Positions 1 through 13,121 of a stretch of DNA of 64,000 bases are shown here, piece by piece. This DNA is from Squalus acanthias (Eukaryota), in the NCBI GenBank assembly GCA_030390025.1, contig CM059438.1, positions 17,980,001 through 18,044,000 of the forward strand, given 5' to 3'. Position numbers and translations under genes: made by a program. How positions within the stretch are numbered: position 1 is the first letter of the stretch; each line of letters opens with the position of its first letter. The notes below the pieces were generated by a model. It ran no database searches, was not told where the DNA came from, and saw only the letters and a list, made by a program, of their open reading frames with translations.

Positions 1-761
1 TCTGTAGCATACTACATTAAATTTCACTTTGCCTTTATATTTCTCATTCTAAGGACTCTGTAGATGCTTCAGACCTCCAGAAAACTTGATGCAATGATAG
101 TGTGAATCAAAGTAGATTATATGCAAAATCGCCTTTACATATTTTCAGTTTAATTAAAACTGAGCCAAGCAATGAAAGTAGGGCAGGGTTCTTCCAAGTG
201 TGGTGAGGGGTTGGATTGCATTCTTGGTTACATGTTGGTAAACTGGTTAGATAGTATTACAATCAATGAATCAAAGAACATGTTATTTTGGCTGCGTGTT
301 GGAGATGAAAGTAAGATTTGTATCAGTGTTGTGTTAATGGAGTCCTCCCTATAAACATTTGTTCTAAGTTATTAGGATTACTGATTCTGGATGCATGTAT
401 CTATTACACTAAGTTCAAAAAGATAAGAGAACAAGATTGGAGACAGTGATTATTTTCACACATATTTTGCCTCAGGTTAAAGCAACTACTGGTCTACTAG
501 AATGGCATATTTGTAATTATGTCCATTTTCTATTCCTATTTCAGGAAACGCTTCAACATGAATATATTTTGAGGCAAATTTCAGCTTAATGTAAAATAGA
601 CGTAGACCACAGAAAGCATGAATTTTAAAATATATTTAAAATGTGTTCAAGATATGATAAAAGATGTATCTCAGTGAAAGTTGCAAGCTGAGGGTTTTCA
701 AACACAGTAAAATGGGTAGAACACGCATTAGAGATCAGTCCTTCATTTTCTGCGATATATT

Positions 762-1533
762 GGCCCAAAAATTCCTATAACCGCTCAACAATTGGCGCCC
801 GCTGTTAGTTAGACTTGCCCTTGCCCATTTAATCTCCATGATATTTTGCATGGCAAGTTGTTGGAAGTGCGAGATGGAAACGGCGTGGTGTCCTCTACAG
901 GGCATCTGGAATCTGAGTGAACAGGGCAAGCAACTGTGTATCTCCTTAACCAATCAGATTGAAGGATTGTGAAGTGAACAGCGCAAGGTCTGAACAAGGA
1001 AGTGTAAGTTAGAGTGGTGAATTCAACGTCAAATCAGGTACAAAGAAAGAAATAAAGAGAGGAAAAGAAAGATTAGATTGAGAGAGAGAAAAAAAGAGAC
1101 AAAAAAAGTTTTAAAATAATGTTAACTTTAATTTAAAAAAAATCTCCAACAACAATTAAAACCTGAAAGAATTAGAGTCCACACTTGTACTAGTTAATTT
1201 TCAGTGCCAGAGAGGTTAACTGGCAGTAATTAACATTTATCATGTCATTAAAAGGGTACTTAGACTTGAAATTACTCGACTTAACTTTCTGTGGGGAGCT
1301 TACTTTGTATCTACAGTGCTAGTACAGGAACCTCACGCTGCTCAATGCATCTGAGTAGGGAGCCAGACAGCGAGATGCCATTTTCAAGAAGCTAACAACG
1401 CATCTCCAACAGCAGCTTATCAATTTCCGCATTTAATTGCTCATCTGATCACGCCTGCAGTTCCTGTGGCACTCGCACAAAAAACGGCGAGCGCTATTGG
1501 ACTCTCCGTTATTTTGACCGTAATGTTTGGGCC
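762..1533. mobile_element. Non-autonomous PIF/Harbinger-like DNA transposon (MITE)
   Basis: Terminal inverted repeats GGCCCAAAAATT / AATGTTTGGGCC, flanked by ATT on both sides; no coding capacity. Confidence 0.6.
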
Positions 1534-2460
1534 ATTGTATCTATGCAAAGATAATTTTGTGTGTAAATACAATTCTATTCATTGACCTGATGGAGTTCTT
1601 CACGTGGCAAACAAAGTACTAAACTGTTTGATTTGAGTGCTATGATGCACAGAGGGAGTGGTGGTGTTTAAAAATAAATGGGGATGGGTGATATGTAAAA
1701 ATAGACTCATTGAATGTTGTCAGTCCTGCTACCTTACAGACAGAAGAATCTCATCAGACGAGAGTTCGTTTTCACACGCCCGTGTCCCCAAGTTCTATTT
1801 TTGGTTTAACTGGCACTAGGCTAAGACTTTCCGGTTTAGGTTGCACATTGCTGACAGTGCACAACTGTAAAAATGTCAGTGTCCACGTGGGTGACTTTCA
1901 GAAGAAACCTGATTGGAATTGGTACTGTAAGCTGAAAAAATATATCTAAGACAGGAAGGGGTGAATGGCCTATTCTTGTACCTACATGTCTAGGAAAGCC
2001 AACTAAAGCATTTTGAGATTCACATTGCAGGTATTTAGAGCAAAGTTGTCCAACATTTTTCTGTTCGTAGGCCACTTTGTTGCATACCTTGAAACTCTGC
2101 AGGCCATATATAAATAACTGTAATATGCTACACTAACCAATTTTGCTAAATTAATGAATTAATTTTATATCATTAAATTCACATAAAAGCTTTCCTCCAA
2201 TCCGCAACAGATGGATTTAGATTTTTTTCTACCAATAAGGGAGCGGTGCTGAGATTAGCTCTTTCTAAACCACCGTATCTGCAAAATTCAAACAGCCAGA
2301 GTGTAAATAGGGACAGTATCACTGGGACTTCATGGGTCGAATAGCTAGGGCCCGTGGACCACATACAGCTCACAGGCCATAGTTTGGATGCCACAGATTT
2401 AGAGGCTATATGATGAGAAATGGTGGCTTTATGCATTGACCAACATCATAACTAATGCAA

Positions 2461-2573
2461 AAAGAAAATACTGCAGATGCTGTAAATCTGAAATGAAAAC
2501 AGAAAATGCTGGAGACACTCAGCAGGTCAGGCAGCATCTGTGAAGAGAGAAACAGAGTTAACGTTTCAGGTCA
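2461..2573 (-). mobile_element. Penelope-like terminal repeat fragment, family B, truncated within hammerhead stem II
   Basis: Near-identical to 37332-37428 and 6438-6567; minus strand retains GACCT-GAAA-CGTT-AAC but lacks CTGATGA. Confidence 0.65.
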
Positions 2574-3574
2574 TAACTGATGGTTTTTGCATAAATCCTT
2601 TGCTACTTTCTGAGGTGATGAATCTGTATGATTTATGGAATGCAGTTCAAAATTGTGGTGGGCACTGCGTTCAGATTTGGCCATGAAAATGTCCAAATCT
2701 TTGACCTGCCAAGCCAAATTAAAACTTGAATTTGCAACACCAAATTCATATGTATTCGGTAATGTAAGGGTTAATACTGTGCATTGTTGTGTTTTATACA
2801 AGAGCGGTAAAGGCAGTATATTTGAGATTAACCCTTTCTTGGTGCGTGTTCCATGATATCATCCTTTACAGCCCACATTTAATGCAGCATTTTCAGCTAT
2901 TGGTGAGTCACTTTAGTGAACGTAAACAAATTCATGTCTGATAACCACTGGGCAGTGCTGGAGCCAAATGATCAAACCGCCTGTTATTTGGAAACCTTTA
3001 TGGATGTGATGTAATAAAACCTCCTTAAACCAGAATATAGTTACAACTGATTCCAAAGTTCATGAATAGAATTCAATTATAAATTTTTAAAAGTTATATA
3101 ATTAATGTTATTACATTTTTTCCATTTCTTTTACATTTTAATACATGTAACTATAATAGCTTTCACATTATTTCACCAATTCATCTTTACTATTACAATA
3201 GGAAAATCTTCATTCATGCCACCTTGTTGAGAAAAACAAAAACTGTTTCTATCTGGACGTTCAGCAACATCTTCCAGTAATACTTTCCCATTTTAGGTTT
3301 ATTAAAAAAAAAAATGGATAAAATAACTCCTACAGCTCTCTTCTAACATGAGGCACTAAAGTCTCTTCAGTGATGCTTTCAAGCAAAATCTCACAATCCT
3401 GGCACATGCAGTGGACACATTCAAATGTTTTTATCCATTTTACAGTTTTAGTTAACTTTTATTTCCCTCCCTTCAATTATTTTGCACAGCAACATGAACC
3501 ATTTCATACTCACAAGAGGGGACACAACCTGTTCCCATTCCTGAACCAGTACTGTTTTATAATCAACAGCAACT

Positions 3575-3865
3575 TCTATTTATAGAGCGCCTTTAATGTA
3601 GTAAAACGTCCCAAGGCGCTTCACATGAGCGTTATAAAACATAAGGAGGTAGTAGGACAAATAACTAAAAGCTTGGTCAAAGAAGTAGGTTTTAAGGAGT
3701 GTCTTAAAGGAGGAAAGAGAAGCGGGGAGGGAATTCCAGAGCTTAGGGCCTTGGTAACTGAAGGCACGGCCACCAATGGTGGAGCGATTAAAATCGGGGA
3801 TGCTCAAGAGGCCAGAATTAGAGGAGCGCCGATATCTCAGGGTTGTGGAGCTAGAGGAGATTACA
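3575..3865 (-). mobile_element. L2-clade LINE 3' fragment
   Basis: Translation GGRAFSYQGPKLWNSLP...FKTLLKTYFF matches L2 ORF2 C-termini; followed by tail GGCGCTCTATAAAT. Confidence 0.75.
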
Positions 3866-4809
3866 AAGTGGTGGAAAATAGCCTCAGTTGCTCATTGTCT
3901 AATTTTATTTTCCTGGCCATGGAATGGCCACATTCTGCATGAAAAGAGAAGAACGATAGATGGTTTCATTGAGGCAGAAACAGACAATAGTTATTACCAA
4001 CAGTGTGGCAGAGGCAGTTACCAGAGAGCAAGAACATAAAATAGGCTTGGAGCTAACATGTAAAAATCAAAAGGGCAGCTGTATATAAGGTGTGCCATTG
4101 AGCTGTACCGTTTACACATTTAAGGCGGGGGGGCTCCACAAATTAAGAGCCTTCATCTATGTGAGAATGTTTACAATATTTGTATGGCAACATAAAACAT
4201 GGACTGACAAAACCCCAGTTGACTTATCAAGGTCATTGCTTCCCACATAGTGGACTATTGTAGCCTTATTTGGTAGGGTTGAGAAGAACCCCTTGCTCCT
4301 GGATTGAATATAGTCCAAAGCCATGCAGACCAGTCGACTTGATGAAGATTAATCTACTCCACATTAGGATCCACACTCCAGTCAAATATACATATTTATA
4401 ATCAAATACTACATATCAAATGCACGTGTCTGGGCTGTCGACTTTCTTTCAAAAAAATTGACCAGAGAGCAAGAGTCATTTGTACTCAATCCAGACTTCG
4501 ATGCATATGCCAGGAAGACAGGACATTGCTCACCTTAATAGGCACAAAACCTTACCTGAAATATTTAGGCCTGATTTTTCCGACAGCATCTGTTTTGTTA
4601 CTTCTGTGATCTTACTAGTGGAAATCCATTTATTTCTTAACTATTTACAATAATTCATTTTCTTGGGTAGGTTTGCAGAGTAAAAAATGTGGAATATATT
4701 TTGGGGAAAAAAAAGATGAGGTTTGTTAAGAGGACGATATACGTTTAGTGAAAATCTAATTTTTTTTTGTTGAGTTAACCAGGTGAATTTAACATCAGCG
4801 CATCGTAAG

Positions 4810-4969
4810 CAATGTCCCCCGTAATCCGCACTGCCTCCTGCGCGGCCTGCCTCCCCCAATGCGCGGCCCATTTAAATTTTTTGCACTTGCGCGGTATCTC
4901 CAATGGAAAGGGCGCTGAGCGGCCTGCGCGGGACCTCACAGATGACTGCGCAGCTTAGCAGGAACAGTG
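4810..4969. mobile_element. hAT-type MITE (160 bp)
   Basis: Ends CAATGTCCC / GGAACAGTG; 8-bp TSD ATCGTAAG/ATCATAAG; interior is the reverse complement of 17256-17400. Confidence 0.75.
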
Positions 4970-6018
4970 ATCATAAGATGCCCTATTTCTCTTAGGGGTG
5001 AGTTAACAGGACATTGAATTGTTCTTCTTGAATAAGCACCATAAGACACAAACTTGCCTCTCTACAGTACATGGTATAGATTGTTAATCCATAAAGAAAT
5101 CATTGTTACAATCTGAGTTTGCTCCCAATACTTTTCACTCATTCTCGTCACAAAAGGCAGCTTCTGTAGATGACCCAGCCATCTCTGTGATCAGTATATG
5201 GGAGATAAAGTTTTTCTCTGTTAATAACGCTATGTAAATGCAAGTTGTTGTTGCATATGGGATATAAGTTACAGAGCAGACAATCCTCCAGTCTATTGTG
5301 TTGACTGGCACATAGATTTCCACTACATCTCGTGACAATTCAGAAAATGGATTATATCAGACACTTTTTATAGCAGACTAAACTACTAAATGAATTTATT
5401 AGTGAACAGAATTATTTACAGAAGTAGGTAATAAAATATTGAATAGCTTGGATTCAGACACCTGGAGTCTGGCAAAAGCTGAAAAGCCCAGCCAGATTGA
5501 GGGAGCGATGAGCCAAGTGATGAGGAAGCAGTGGCAGGCACTGCTTGCAGTCTGCAGGAGCATTTTTGTGCTGTTTTTTTGCGACTTCCAGTTTAAACAT
5601 TTCTAACTTGTACACACATTCTTTAACCTTTTCCGCTGCCAGAGGAGTTCATCCTGGCTTGCAGTTCTGAGTCTTGATGGTCGTTCTTTTTCACTGCTCT
5701 TTGCTTCTGCTTGTTGAAATTTAACCTGTTGGATCTGCAAGTGATGTTAGTCCCACTTCAGCTGTCACCAATTTTTAAGATGCAGACTTGTCCCCAGTAA
5801 ATTTTACTCATTCTCGCAAGAAATTGAATTACTTAGTAGTAAGTCTAGAGACAATTGGGTTAATCAAACAAACCCGTCAGACAAAACTCTTTCTTACAGA
5901 ACAAAGGCATGAGGATAACCGTTAGGGTTTTGACATTTGCATCTCAAAATACTTTGTCCTCTTCAACGATATACTATGGCAGCAAATCAGATATCTCGTC
6001 TCGGAGTAAATATGTTGA

Positions 6019-6820
6019 GGTAGAGTTTACACTAGTAATATCAGCGCAATCAGGGTGGAATCGACCGAGCCAGTGCAAACGATAGGGGACTTTTAAACGT
6101 AAGTAACGCCTAAAACCACTTGCGTTTGTGTTTTCCGCAATATTTTACGCCAGTTCACTATTCAATTTGCCCGAATCAGGCCCCCAGGTCGAAACTGTGA
6201 GATTCTGCCGATTACACTGGCTCAGGAAGACTCTTCAAATTGCGCTCATTTTCATCAGCGCAAAGACACTTATAGGCACGTTTTAAAAGTCATTTCATAT
6301 CAAAAAATATTTAATTTACTAAGAAGCTGACTAATGTACACCAATGAAACTATTAAATGGTTCAGAATAGTTTACTGTAAATCAGTTTTGGTGATTTTAA
6401 ATCAGGTTACTTACAGACTGAACACCCTATTAAAATAATAGCAAAATACTGCGGATGCTGGAAATCTGAAATAACAACAGAAAATGCTGAGATCACTCAG
6501 CGGGTCGAAGGGTCACAGACCTGAAACGTTAACTCTCTTTCTCTCTCCACGGATGCTGCCTGACCCTTATTAAAATATTTTCAGCTGTATTAATAAAATT
6601 GCACCAAGTTACTCTTAAATACATCAAGGAATACTTTTTAATGGAAAGAAAAAAAAGAAACCAATACGTTCTATTACGCTGCCCGACTGCGCTGGAAGAT
6701 TTTACGTTTGTGATTATGCAAATGCATTTTAGCGGAAACTTGAACTGTAACCTAACCAGTGCAATTTCAAGCGCGTTTTGGGTGCCATTTCCCGATTGCA
6801 CCCAAAGCGGAAACTCTACC
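6019..6820. mobile_element. TIR-bounded non-autonomous DNA element, probably Harbinger-like, interrupted by a Penelope-type insert
   Basis: 10-bp perfect TIR GGTAGAGTTT / AAACTCTACC plus subterminal similarity; TSD not clear. Confidence 0.5.
6438..6567. mobile_element. Penelope-like terminal repeat insertion, family B, inverted and rearranged
   Basis: 10-bp TSD TATTAAAATA (6428-6437, 6568-6577); first half in the orientation of 2461-2573, second half inverted with partial hammerhead CGAA-GGGTC-ACA-GACCT-GAAACGTT. Confidence 0.7.
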
Positions 6821-7667
6821 GTGTTAACTTTTAATGCGGGTGCAACTTCATTTTGACTAGTGTGGACTTTAAAACGGCATTTTAAAATTAAGTGAAAATT
6901 GAGAAAGGATGAACAAAAATTCCCCTTCTGACAAAGAAATCAGGAACAAGGGTCCAATTCATTAGCGATCTTGCTGCACCTGCCTCTGACTGCGGACTGT
7001 TATGCCGTTCATGAATCACAAAAAAGTTAACTATATCTTGAGCACTAAGCTCATTTTTACTTTTTACGGGGCTCATTGTTATAATAAGGACCCATTAACT
7101 ACAAATTTTAAATTGTGGAGTCGTGTAGCTTTATCATGTATTACTAAATGACTATGTCTGGCAATAATAATTTTGGTTGCGGACACCGTGATCAATTTCA
7201 TTTGTATATATCCAACTTATTCCATTTTTCATCTGCCAGTAGCAGGATACAAAGCCTGTGTATATGTCCATCCATCCATCTATTTATCTTTATAACATAT
7301 ACAAACCGTGCATGTAACGTGCAATTGTACATATTTACTGTACTTCCTGCCATTACAATTTTCCAATCGTACTTTTGCTGTCAACAGTTTTGCTCAAAGT
7401 AAAAGTGGTAAATCCCAAATGACACAAAAGCTACCAATAATAAAAACAAATTGAAAAAGTGAATCAATCAGTGCCATTTTTTACTCAATAACTGAAATTT
7501 CTAATTTCCAATAAAAGTTTCAAACAATTTTTTTAATATCAAAAAATTGCATATTTCACAATAGCATGATTAAATTTGTCTAGTAAATGTGTCTTTTAAT
7601 GCCTTTATTATAGTTTTTACTTCAAGCCTGTCTTATAAGCCTGGGCATTGACTGGATATTTTTCTCC

Positions 7668-8003
7668 TTTTTTTTATTCGTTCGTGGGATGTGGGCGTCG
7701 CTGGCAAGGCCAGCATTTATTGCCCATCCCTAATTGCCCTTGAGAAGGTGGTGGTGAGCCGCCGCCTTGAACCGCTGCAGTCCGTGTGGTGAAGGTACTC
7801 CCACCGTGCTGTTAGGTAGGGAGTTCCAGGATTGTGACCCAGCGACAATGAAAGATCGGCGATATACTTCTAAGTCAGGATGGTGTGTGACTTGGAGGGG
7901 AACTTGGAGGTGGTGGTGTTTCCATGCGCCTGCTGCCCTTGTCCTTCTAGGTGGAAGAGCTCGCTGGTTTGGGAGGTGCTGCCGAAGAAGCCTTGGCGAG
8001 TTA
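7668..8003 (-). mobile_element. HER1-like (CR1 group) LINE 3' end
   Basis: Reverse complement of the 3' ends of 13000-13870 and 29097-30102 (GGCAATTAGGGATGGGCAATAAATGCTGGCC). Confidence 0.8.
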
Positions 8004-8059
8004 CCTGAACAGTTACCAACCACGTTTGTATATTTTGAGCAGATGACAAAAAATAAGGA

Positions 8060-8395
8060 ACGTAGTTAACTGTGAAGAGACTGCAAGTGACTTCAGGGGG
8101 ATATAGTTTAATAGGTTGGGCAGATAGATGCCAGGTGAAATTTAACGCAGTGAAAAATTAGGTACTACATTTTAGGAGAATGAATCAGATGAGGACATTT
8201 ACACTAAAATGTCAAAACTTTAGAAGGAGTATAGAAGCAGAGGGACTAAGGGATCCAAATACACAGCACTTTAAAATGGAAAGACAAGTTGATAATGTTG
8301 CTTTGTTTTAAAACAAAAGCAGCGAGCATATGGGACCGTAGATTTTATAAATTGGGGCATAGAGTATAAAAGTAAGAGGTAATGCTGAACCTAAA
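8060..8395 (+). mobile_element. Highly decayed CR1 LINE fragment
   Basis: Recognisable similarity to the post-RT region of the CR1 copy at about 60920-61240. Confidence 0.5.
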
Positions 8396-8944
8396 GGGAA
8401 GGGGAAATCGGCATCCAGTTGAGGGGGATGGAGGAAGGTATGGGAGAGGGGGAAAGTATTTTAGGAGAAAAGCAGGAAGAGGCAAAGGGGTGGATTGAGA
8501 TGGAGAGATGGCAACGTATGCTCTGAGCAGACCATATGCTCTGCTTACTGTGAGCAACACCATGGGAAATACCTAGTGTGTGTTTGTGTTACACATTACA
8601 TCGTGATTGTAAAATTAGAAAAGATTGGTGAAGTGTATATTAAATGGTGACAATAACCGAATTAGGGAGAGTCAGTCAGTGAGAACAGAGTGTGATGAGT
8701 AAAAGAGAGAATTAGAATTGCAAGCAATGAATGGTGAGTCTCTCAGTCCAGAGTTAAGCTAAAAGAGAATGAGACCGTATCTGAGGACAGCTATTCCAAC
8801 TGGTGGGAAATAAAAGGACACTGAAACCTTCCTCTTGTGATCATTTCTGGTCTGTTAAGTTCTTCAAATAGTTTAAGTGACCTCTACATTTGTAAATTGA
8901 CCACTTTCTTTTAATGAAGTTTTTTTTTAACCAATTTTCTCCCT

Positions 8945-9330
8945 TACAGAAAGGAACATAGGAACAGGAGTAGGCCATTCAACCCCTCAAGCTTGTTCTG
9001 CCATTCAGTTAGATCATGGCTGATCTGTATCTTGACTCCATCTACCTGCCTTGGTTCTGTAACCCTAATACTGTTGCTTAACAAAAATCTGTCAATCTCA
9101 GTTTTGAAATTTTCAATTGACCTAGCTTTTTGAGGGAGCGAGTTCCAGATTTCCACTACCCTTTGTGTGAAGAACAGCCTAGCTCTAATTTTAAGGTTAT
9201 GTTCTGGACTCCCCGCTACCCTACAAACTCCTTTAATCATCTTAAACACCTCAATTACAACACCCCTTAATCTTCTGTACTCAAAGGAAAGAAGCCAAGT
9301 CTATGCAACTGTCTTCATAATTTAACCCTT
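8945..9330 (-). mobile_element. CR1 LINE 3' fragment
   Basis: Translation FFTQRVVEIWNSLP...FKTEIDRFL and CR1 3' tail GGCCTACTCCTGTTCCTATGTTC. Confidence 0.75.
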
Positions 9331-9654
9331 CTCTAGTCTCCTTGCACTTTGGATTGGAGGTTAGTAGGATATTGTTGCTCCATGAATAGATGGTAAGGTT
9401 GCAAAAGTATTGACCAATCTTGTTCACAGGAGCATGCCTTAATTATTTTGTCTCCCTCTCATCAGATAGGAAGTTTATCTCCACCCCAAAGGTTAATTGA
9501 CAATCTGTTGTTAACTCAGCATCTGCAGAAGCTAAAGTTCAATTGTAGGAATAGAACCTGGGACTTGTAGTCTTTGGTACAGTTCAGTAACTAATAAATT
9601 GTACCATCTGGATGATTATGAGAAGCACTCTTTCAAATGGGGAATTATTGCCAA

Positions 9655-9805
9655 TACATAGAAAACATAGAAACATAGAAGATAGGAGCAGGAGTAGGCC
9701 ATTCGGCCCCTCGAGCCTGCTCCGCCATTCGATGAGATCATGGCTGATCATCCAAACTCAGTACCCTGTACCTGCCTTCTCCCCATATCCCTTGATACCT
9801 TTAGC
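9655..9805 (-). mobile_element. CR1 LINE 3' UTR/tail
   Basis: CATAGAAA repeats followed by GGAGTAGGCCATTCGGCCCCTCGAGCCTGCTCCGCCATTC, shared with 48794 and 61740-61800. Confidence 0.75.
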
Positions 9806-10732
9806 TTTAAGTAATAATGAAGACTGTGAAAAGATACAAGTCTCTTTTATTGATGTGAGAAATTAAATATATCTGGAACAGAACGAGGCCCTCTTTCCAT
9901 GGGTCTGATGACCTCACTTTTGGTAATGTCTTTCTCGTTATTTGTTACACTCACATCTGGCTATTGAACAGAACTTCAGTATTCACGGATGCTGGAATCA
10001 CAGCGATGGAAACAATGTTCAATGGGCCTTAAAACAAAAGGTCATCCAGGTGCCAAAGTCTGTTGCACTCTTGAACGAAAACTTTCAATTCCATTGGTTG
10101 AAGTTTCATTGCTTCACACATAAATAGTTTGTGTTGAATTGCTCTTGGATGCATTTTCATAGTGTGATCCAAAAACCATAAATTGTTGGAACAGTTTACT
10201 TAGGGTATGGTGGTAAATTCACAGAAGTGGCTATTTAAATCTCTGCTTAGTGTGTATGCATTTTTGAAACTGTCAGCTATGATTAATCTTGCAATTAAGT
10301 CATCTAATTGAACAGGAACACAGATGGAAATGGCTTTTTTAATGTACTGACTGCAGGCCTACTATAATCCATATGTCACATTGGTAACATTTGTCTAAAA
10401 CCTACGTCATCTGCTGGTAAACCAAGTTATTTTTCATGCCAGGTTACTACCCATCACTGCTACTCAATCTTAAGAGTATCAACATACAACTATACGCAGC
10501 TGACCTGTACGGTCATATGTGCCAACCTAGAAAACTAGTGTATTTTGCCCAACAGTTTTGCAAAAGTTGATGCAGTTCTAGAAAAGCTGACAGAACAATA
10601 ATAGCCCTGAATACAAGCCTTTAGACATGTGAAGACAAGAAATTGCACAGAAAGTAGGGTGGGATATGGTTAGGTCATAACATAAGCTGCAGATGTAAGC
10701 AACATTTGATCAAAAAAGAAAGGAAAATGGTG

Positions 10733-11198
10733 TTAGCCGTGGCTTAGTGGTAGCACTCTGGCCGCTGAGTCATAAAGGCTTTGGGTTCAAGTCCCACTCC
10801 AGGGACTTGAGCACAAAATCTAGATTGACAGTCCAGTGCAGTAGTGAGGGAGTGCTATACTGTCGGAGGTACCGTTTTTTGGATGAGACTTTAAACCGAT
10901 GCCCTGTCTGCCCTCTCAGCTGGACATAAAAGATCCCATGGCACTATTTTGAAGAAGACCAGGGGGTTCTTCCCAGTGTCCTGGACAATATTTATCCCTG
11001 AGGCAACGTCTAAAAACAGATTAACTTGTCATTATCTCATTGCTCTTTATGGGACCTTGCTGTGTGCAAATTGGCTACCGCCTTTTCTACATTGTAACAG
11101 TGACTGTACACTTTAGAAGTTCTTCAATTATTGTAAAGTGCCTTGGGACATCCTGATGACGTGTAAGACGCTATATAAATGCAAGTCTTCCTTTCTTT
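10733..11198 (+). mobile_element. Full-length tRNA-derived SINE, DeuSINE/SacSINE1-like, with L2-type tail
   Basis: A-box TGGCTTAGTGG, B-box GGTTCAAGTCC, central block AAAGATCCCATGGCACTATTT, tail GCTATATAAATGCAAGTCTT. Confidence 0.8.
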
Positions 11199-12030
11199 TT
11201 AACCTATTTTGCTCTTTCGAACCTGTCAAAACGGTTTACTGGAAAGAATTCCAGTAATCATTTTTTTTTAAGTAAAGTGCACAAAAATGTTTCATGAATA
11301 ATCCTTATTTGCTCTCAGGTGCACCAAATTGATTCCCTCCAGTCTGGAGGTGGGAATCTATTATACTCTTACTGATCATTACTGTCACTCCTCATACTTT
11401 TCTGTGGAAGTTGACTGCTCTAATATAGGTGGTGTGGGCACTCTCCCTGGTTACTCCACAGTAATAAATGGATTGTAGCCCAAGGAAGGCAGTGGATAAG
11501 TTGCCAGAAGTACCAAACATGGCCTGATTGCAGTCTTTCTGGTGATGGTGGTAACTATGTTGATTAAGTCAGATAGATGGAAGCAATGCTGTTGCTCCAA
11601 AATTGGAATACTTGGTCTCTGCGATGATGACGCAGGCTGAAGTGATGTAGGCGTGCAGCCATACACGGCATAAAATAGACATTTTAAACAGAACTATGAA
11701 CCTCACCAGCTGTATTTGCCACCTAGTGCTCTTTTGGCCGTAACCCAAAAAATGGCACATGCAGAGTTTTAAAATAAATCGGCAGATTAAATATTTAAAA
11801 CTAATCAAAATTGGCATTGACAAAAAGTCCTGTTTTTGTGCAGTAGCAGTTATAACTACCCGGTAAACCAGCCCATAACTCGATTGCTGCCCACCCTAGG
11901 AGAACTATACCCTGAGTCTTTCAGCACACGGCGAGAGTGCACAGTGGTATTTTGAATGTGGAAAAGTTGAGCATGCTGTGTATGACTGCTTGAGAAGCAC
12001 TTTCTGGATATTAGCAGGCTAGGACACTTG

Positions 12031-12854
12031 GGGGGTGATTTTATCAATGGGGGCGCGTTGGAGGCAGGACTGCTGCTTGTCGGGTTTTAGTCCCGCCTCC
12101 ATCGACGTCCACCGTCCGGCCAATCCACGCTATTTTCTCTTGATTGACCTTGTTAAGCCCACTCAACGGGCCAATTAAGGGAAAGCCGGTGACAGAGAAC
12201 GTCAGCGTATGATGTTTCATCTGTCAAATTTTTGACAGATGAATTGTCATCGTTTGACAGCTTTGAGAAGCTGTCAAACACTGACATTCTCTGTTGTTTG
12301 GTGAGTCTTTATACTCAAGACTCACCAAACCTCTTTCCTGAGCAGAAATCAGATGGCTGTTGCGTCGGAGAATGCAGCAGCCATTCTGTCATCTCTGCCG
12401 TGGAGATGAGGCACCTCCGCAGCCTAAAGGGATGAAGCCTGGAGGAAGAAGCAAAAGTAAGTAATCTTATTAAAACACTTTAGAGTCACCTCACACACTT
12501 ACCTCTCCACACTTGCACTCATTACTCACCTGCACACCGTACATGTCGGCCCCTCTAACCCCCGCAGACCCACGGCTCGCCTCGCTGACCATGGCGAGGT
12601 TCAGAGCCGTCGGGAAGCCCACACTTTAGGGCTCAAAATAGGGATTAGCCAAAAAACTGCCTGTTAACTACCTGTTAACAGGCAGTTAATTGGCACTAAT
12701 CCCCTTCCCGCTTCGAGGAGACGGGGCGCGGGTTGGGTACCCGCCTCCTGGGAAGATAGCACGGGGCGGGATGGGTACCCGCTCCCAGATTCTGCCATTT
12801 TCCCGGCAGTCCCGCCTCCATACCCGCCTCCCCAGGGCTGGGAAAATAGCCCCC
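12031..12854. mobile_element. PIF/Harbinger-like MITE, same family as 55053-55865
   Basis: TIR GGGGGTGATTTT / AAAATAGCCCCC; 3-bp TSD TTG/TTG; colinear with the 55053 copy. Confidence 0.75.
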
Positions 12855-13121
12855 TTGATCTCTGACGAATGGAGTATATTAGCATGTAATCATTTAAGTT
12901 CCCACGTTCTTCAACTCACAGTCATGGCAATGACAGGAAGGTGAAAATAATGTGTATAAAATATCAGGCAGTAGCGAATGCTGTGTATTGTTTGGTCATC
13001 ATAAACTTAACTGGACCAGCCACATAAATACTGTGGCAACAAGAGCAGGTCAGAGGCTGGGTATTCTGCGGCGAGTGTCTCACCTCCTGACTCCCCAAAG
13101 CCTTTCCACCATCTACAAGGC

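Noticed and set aside
10733-10800. Possible tRNA gene (also 45104 and 45840)
   Set aside because: A and B boxes run directly into SINE bodies; no cloverleaf or terminator.
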